The position numbers and the translations under genes were made by a program. Positions 14,134 to 16,786 of a DNA stretch of 16,786 nt are shown here, piece after piece (within the stretch, counting starts at the first letter, position 1; each line of letters begins with the position of its first letter). This stretch comes from Candidatus Auribacterota bacterium (lineage in GTDB: Bacteria > Auribacterota > UBA6266): positions 1 through 16,786 of the forward strand of contig JAGLRQ010000039.1 in NCBI GenBank assembly GCA_023136205.1, in the 5' to 3' direction. Under the pieces are notes generated by a model that ran no database searches, had not been told where the DNA came from, and saw only the letters and a list, made by a program, of their open reading frames with translations.

Positions 14134-14232
14134 TCCTAACGTCTTGTGTAACCAGCGTGGCGCATGCGGAGAATCAAACTATGTTTGTCACCAGAGCCGA
14201 AATTCCACGCCTGGTTAACGCTATTGTTAGGT
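14134..14232 (-). repeat. integron attC site, family B (99 bp)
   Basis: Plus strand reads TCCTAAC gtcttgtg TAACCAGCGTGG ... CCACGCcTGGTTA acgctatt GTTAGGT. One C (14210/14211) is unpaired. The left 27 nt match the partial site at 16759 at 24 of 27 positions. Confidence 0.85.
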
Positions 14233-14275
14233 ATTTTTATTCTACACCCTTTGACTTTTAGCCTAAAGGGAGTGA

Positions 14276-14782
14276 TTAGAATTTTCCTTTCTGTCTCTTA
14301 AAATCTCTCAAACCTCGCACTGATGCAACATCATTTAAGACAGTATCTTGCCACCCTGATTTGACATCTTCCCTTGAATCGAACCTTTGTATGTATGGTT
14401 TGATGTCAAGTAAAGGTGTGCCATCCAATATATCAAGATCTCTGACATAAAGAATATTATCTTCAATTCTATCCAATCGCACAAGACTCATCCCTAATTT
14501 ATTGGGACGGTGTGGAGCGCGTGTAGCAAAAATACCATGTTCATAGTCTGACAGATATGGCTTTAAACGTAAACACGTTTTCTGTGAATGATCGAAATAA
14601 TAGAACAAATAGATATGAGAAAATCCTTGCAAATCTTTCAATCCGTCAGCATATTTATTATTCAATATAATTGTACCTTCAATGTCATTACAAAAAACAG
14701 GTTGTATCGGGATTTTGGAAATTTCTTTATGCGGAGAATGGATAATTCCTATCGATTGGAATACAAATTTGTTATCTTTCAT
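14276..14782 (-). CDS. TsaA/TrmO-family (UPF0066) putative tRNA methyltransferase
   Basis: GFSHIYLFYYF, TRAPHRPNKLGMSLVRL and LDILDGTPLLDIKPYI are hallmark blocks of the YaeB/TsaA/TrmO fold. Confidence 0.87.
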   Translation of the reverse strand: MKDNKFVFQSIGIIHSPHKEISKIPIQPVFCNDIEGTIILNNKYADGLKDLQGFSHIYLFYYFDHSQKTCLRLKPYLSDYEHGIFATRAPHRPNKLGMSLVRLDRIEDNILYVRDLDILDGTPLLDIKPYIQRFDSREDVKSGWQDTVLNDVASVRGLRDFKRQKGKF

Positions 14783-14821
14783 GAAATACTCTCTTATTAA
14801 TTTTTCTATACATTTATTTTG

Positions 14822-15178
14822 TTAGAAAGTAAGTATTTTTTCGCAATCGACTACCCATTCGGCTAATTCTGGCATTGTAGCTTTCTGAGCACCTTCAAAA
14901 TAAGGCTGATTTTTGTGAATTCCACAACGCACCATACATGTTCCACACACTTTGACTGATACGCCCTTGGCAATTAAATCTTTTAACATTTGAGATAAAT
15001 CTTGATCGTATCCTTCTGGTGGATTACACACTTCACGTGCCATATCAACAGAATCATTCATCAAAAATATTTTTACTTCTTGCTCTGTCTCCAGCAATTT
15101 TCCCGCAAGACGTAATCCATTCCATGTGACATCCGTGTTATCATAAGGTTGACGATTGAAGATAATTAGTATTTTCAT
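14822..15178 (-). CDS. DsrE/DsrF/YchN-like small sulfur-relay-fold protein
   Basis: 118 aa: MKILIIFN.QPYD....NGLRLA......V.IFLM.D.V....., with a conserved Cys region VKVCGTCMVRCGI. AAGGGGA Shine-Dalgarno. The TAA stop lies inside an orphan TTCTAAC core (14821-14827). Confidence 0.78.
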   Translation of the reverse strand: MKILIIFNRQPYDNTDVTWNGLRLAGKLLETEQEVKIFLMNDSVDMAREVCNPPEGYDQDLSQMLKDLIAKGVSVKVCGTCMVRCGIHKNQPYFEGAQKATMPELAEWVVDCEKILTF

Positions 15179-15197
15179 TATTTCCCCTTTTATTTAT

Positions 15198-15300
15198 AGC
15201 TAACGTTAAAAATCAGTGGTGTTGCACACACGAGAAAATCAAAAAATATTATTTTTTGCGCCAACGCTTATTCAACATCCACTGAATTGTCTTGTTCGAT
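15198..15300 (-). repeat. integron attC site, family A (103 bp)
   Basis: Plus strand reads AGCTAACgttaaaaatCAGTGGTGTTG...CAACA-t-CCACTGaattgtcttGTTCGAT, with T15278 unpaired. The upstream cassette ORF ends 30 nt inside this site (stop at 15268-15270). Confidence 0.85.
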
Positions 15301-15879
15301 GTTGTATTTGCTATTTATTGTTTTTAACCCTTTTGGTATTGTCGATATCTCTTCCCCTGGCAAATTGAGGAAGATGCCTGTTAGAGCACATTGAAAATCA
15401 TAATTTGACCTATGCACCGATATCCAAGGTTTTCGAGGGAGCTCTTTTCCCATTGCATCAGTAAAATAGTAGTACCATATACTGGTATCCTTACCAACCC
15501 TGTAGCCATAAAATTTCAAAAAGATTGTTTTGTTTTTAAACACTTCCAAATCTGGGCCAAACTCTCGTAGAAATGCTATGAGCGATTTGCCAAGAGTTTC
15601 ATTTTTTTCTACGTGACCAATTTCCTCAATCATTTTTTCCGTAAATCCTTGTTTGCAAAGAAATATTGAATATTGTGCTATATGATGAGGATTCTTTTTG
15701 TGTGGGTTTTCAAGACCGTCAACTTTCAAAACCTTGCCAAAGCAGAAAAAATCTGAATCCGGTAGAATTTCTTCTGCCATAAGGAAGATGGGTGACAAAA
15801 GAAAAAGAATTAAGAACGCAAAAGCTACAACTCCTATGCCATTACATAGAACCTTTCGACATTTAGCTTTAATTTTCAC
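15268..15879 (-). CDS. hypothetical exported or membrane-anchored protein (about 203 aa), unknown function
   Basis: This is the in-frame portion of the 324-aa track ORF that lies downstream of attC 15891-15994. The GTG at 15879 gives a signal/anchor-like N-terminus (KIKAKCRK-VLCNGIGVVAFAFLILFLLSPIFLMA-EE). An alternative ATG lies at 15780. The start is uncertain. Confidence 0.55.
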   Translation of the reverse strand: MKIKAKCRKVLCNGIGVVAFAFLILFLLSPIFLMAEEILPDSDFFCFGKVLKVDGLENPHKKNPHHIAQYSIFLCKQGFTEKMIEEIGHVEKNETLGKSLIAFLREFGPDLEVFKNKTIFLKFYGYRVGKDTSIWYYYFTDAMGKELPRKPWISVHRSNYDFQCALTGIFLNLPGEEISTIPKGLKTINSKYNIEQDNSVDVE

Positions 15880-15890
15880 TGTATTTTCCC

Positions 15891-15994
15891 ATCGAACGTT
15901 AAAAATCAGTGGTGTTGCGGACACGTAGAAATCAAAAAAACTTGTTTTTTTGCGCAGGCGCCTATTCAACATCCACTGGATTGCATTGTTATAT
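15891..15994 (-). repeat. integron attC site, family A (104 bp)
   Basis: Plus strand reads ATCGAACgttaaaaatCAGTGGTGTTG...CAACA-t-CCACTGgattgcattGTTATAT, with T15972 unpaired. It lies inside the 324-aa track ORF. Confidence 0.85.
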
Positions 15995-16059
15995 TTCCAG
16001 TTAATAGTTCGAAGCCAATCTGCCGATATTATAACACAAAAAGCTGAGGTATGAGTAAA

Positions 16060-16088
16060 ATTATAGCACCGGATTATACGCTGGACAA
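16060..16088 (-). promoter_or_regulatory. candidate sigma70-type promoter inside the ORF-less cassette, firing toward attC 15891-15994 and the next cassette
   Basis: Minus strand reads TTGTCC (16088-16083), a 17-nt spacer ending in TGC, then TATAAT (16065-16060), giving an extended -10 TGCTATAAT. A second TGTTATAAT is at 16028-16036 and a further TATAAT at 16071-16076. Confidence 0.4.
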
Positions 16089-16098
16089 AGTTAATCCG

Positions 16099-16199
16099 AA
16101 TGTTTTTCAACATTGCCGATAGTCCCAGATTCCGTACCAAGTACGGAATGACAAGGATAAGAAACATTTTTAAAAATGTCTTTCCTGCGAAGGCAGGAA
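16099..16199. repeat. cluster of four short palindromes/hairpins (REP-like) in the ORF-less cassette
   Basis: AATGTT-tttc-AACATT (16099-16114). ATTCCGTAC-caa-GTACGGAAT (16129-16149). A perfect 16-bp palindrome ACATTTTTAAAAATGT (16164-16179). TTCCTGC-gaag-GCAGGAA (16182-16199). The last translates to the IPAFAGK-type peptide often seen when palindromic repeats are mis-called as ORFs. Confidence 0.6.
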
Positions 16200-16283
16200 T
16201 CCAGGAGACAATTAGATATTTATAACCGGAACAAATTTTCAAAAAGGGAAGAATACTTCACTAAAGTCTTATTGGTTTTTAAA

Positions 16284-16377
16284 ATATAACGGTTGAACTA
16301 AGCCGCGTGTATACTACAACATAATCGCGAAGCGCCGCCAGCGCGTGTTCCACGTCGGCTTCAGTGATTTGTTAGGC
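16284..16377 (-). repeat. integron attC site, family C (94 bp)
   Basis: Plus strand reads ATATAAC ggttgaact AAGCCGCGTG ... CACGtCGGCTT cagtgattt GTTAGGC, with T16355 unpaired. The TAA stop of ORF 16372-16749 lies within the GCCTAAC core. Confidence 0.85.
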
Positions 16378-16749
16378 TGTCCCGCCTTTCTTAAATTTTA
16401 AAAAAACGTATAGAGTCAAGTAAGAAAGATATATAAAAAACATTTCTCCAAAAAATGACAGTATTGTAAATATTTGAGTCTCTGGATCTTTTAGAACATA
16501 ATTATATCCTGCATCTATAGTATAATATACTGAACGACTTACTGTAGTTATAATAATCAAAAACAATGGTATGGTATGTTTCAAAATCAACTTTTGTCTT
16601 ATAGAAATAAATGAGGCAAGACAACCTAAGATAAGAGGATAAAATATTATGGTTAGTATGGCATCAGGAATTGACCTGCCAGATTGCCAATGAAAACCAG
16701 AAATAATGCTAAAAAGTAATGTTATGGTTATTAAAATTTTTCGACGCAT
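16372..16749 (-). CDS. hypothetical small membrane protein (about 4 TM segments)
   Basis: 125 aa, hydrophobic throughout. The ATG is 10 nt downstream of the attC core at 16759-16765, and the stop lies inside the next attC core. Confidence 0.65.
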   Translation of the reverse strand: MRRKILITITLLFSIISGFHWQSGRSIPDAILTIIFYPLILGCLASFISIRQKLILKHTIPLFLIIITTVSRSVYYTIDAGYNYVLKDPETQIFTILSFFGEMFFIYLSYLTLYVFLKFKKGGTA

Positions 16750-16758
16750 TTTTTTAGT

Positions 16759-16786
16759 CGCCTAACGTCCTGCGTAACCAGCGTGG
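16759..16786 (-). repeat. integron attC site, family B, partial (cut by the window edge)
   Basis: GCCTAACGTCCTGCGTAACCAGCGTGG matches 14134-14160 at 24 of 27 positions. Confidence 0.75.

Larger units (their letters stand above)
11551..16786 (-). mobile_element. integron gene-cassette array (partial; runs off the right edge; no intI/attI in window)
   Basis: Eight attC-like sites separate co-oriented minus-strand ORFs. Stop codons are embedded in the core sites and the unpaired base is always in the same arm. The left boundary is uncertain (11411-11551). Confidence 0.85.

Noticed and set aside
12133-15994. The about 100-bp family-A repeats as a CRISPR array or MITE copies
   Set aside because: The repeats are about 100 bp and internally palindromic, far longer than CRISPR repeats. 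They are separated by 0.3-2.2 kb of ORF-containing DNA rather than by short uniform spacers. They have attC-type cores and lack target-site duplications.
15268-16242. 324-aa minus-strand ORF as a single large gene
   Set aside because: It reads straight through attC 15891-15994 (a repeat present four times) and, upstream of that, through palindromic repeats. I split it into a doubtful upstream frame and a credible downstream ORF (15879-15268).
16099-16242. Small protein starting at the TTG at 16242 in the ORF-less cassette
   Set aside because: The frame translates four consecutive DNA palindromes, including an IPAFAGK-type repeat peptide. It has no Shine-Dalgarno and no stop before the attC. 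It more likely reflects structured non-coding DNA.
9776-16786. Integron integrase (intI) or attI within the window
   Set aside because: No tyrosine-recombinase-like ORF appears on either strand. Cassette orientation predicts it lies beyond 16786.

Overview
The window has two parts. (1) Bases 1-9775 hold a tightly packed plus-strand housekeeping block: argH (3' fragment), lysA, dapF, dapA, dapB, a DapL-type aminotransferase, folK, panB, panC, panD and nadB. Together these cover a complete aminotransferase-route lysine pathway plus pantothenate and NAD entry steps. (2) From about 9.8 kb to the right edge every credible gene is on the minus strand. Between the genes lie eight long imperfect palindromes with RYYYAAC / GTTRRRY-type ends, a mismatched spacer and a single unpaired base. 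I read these as integron attC sites, and the region as the distal part of an integron gene-cassette array. No integrase or attI is in the window, and both are predicted beyond base 16786. Cassettes from right to left are: a small 4-TM protein; an ORF-less palindrome-rich cassette with an outward promoter; an exported unknown protein; a two-gene DsrE-like + TrmO/TsaA-like cassette; a DUF2007-like/zinc-ribbon protein; a 6-TM protein; BrnT/BrnA; and YefM/YoeB. An exported single-HKD PLD/Nuc-like protein and a 101-aa unknown ORF sit between the array and nadB. The main curiosities are an 89-bp self-folding module inserted at the extrahelical-base position of one attC, a 324-aa ORF-track call that is really a read-through across an attC, and several cassette genes with no assignable function. 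All calls come from reading the sequence and translations by eye. No database search or folding calculation was run.
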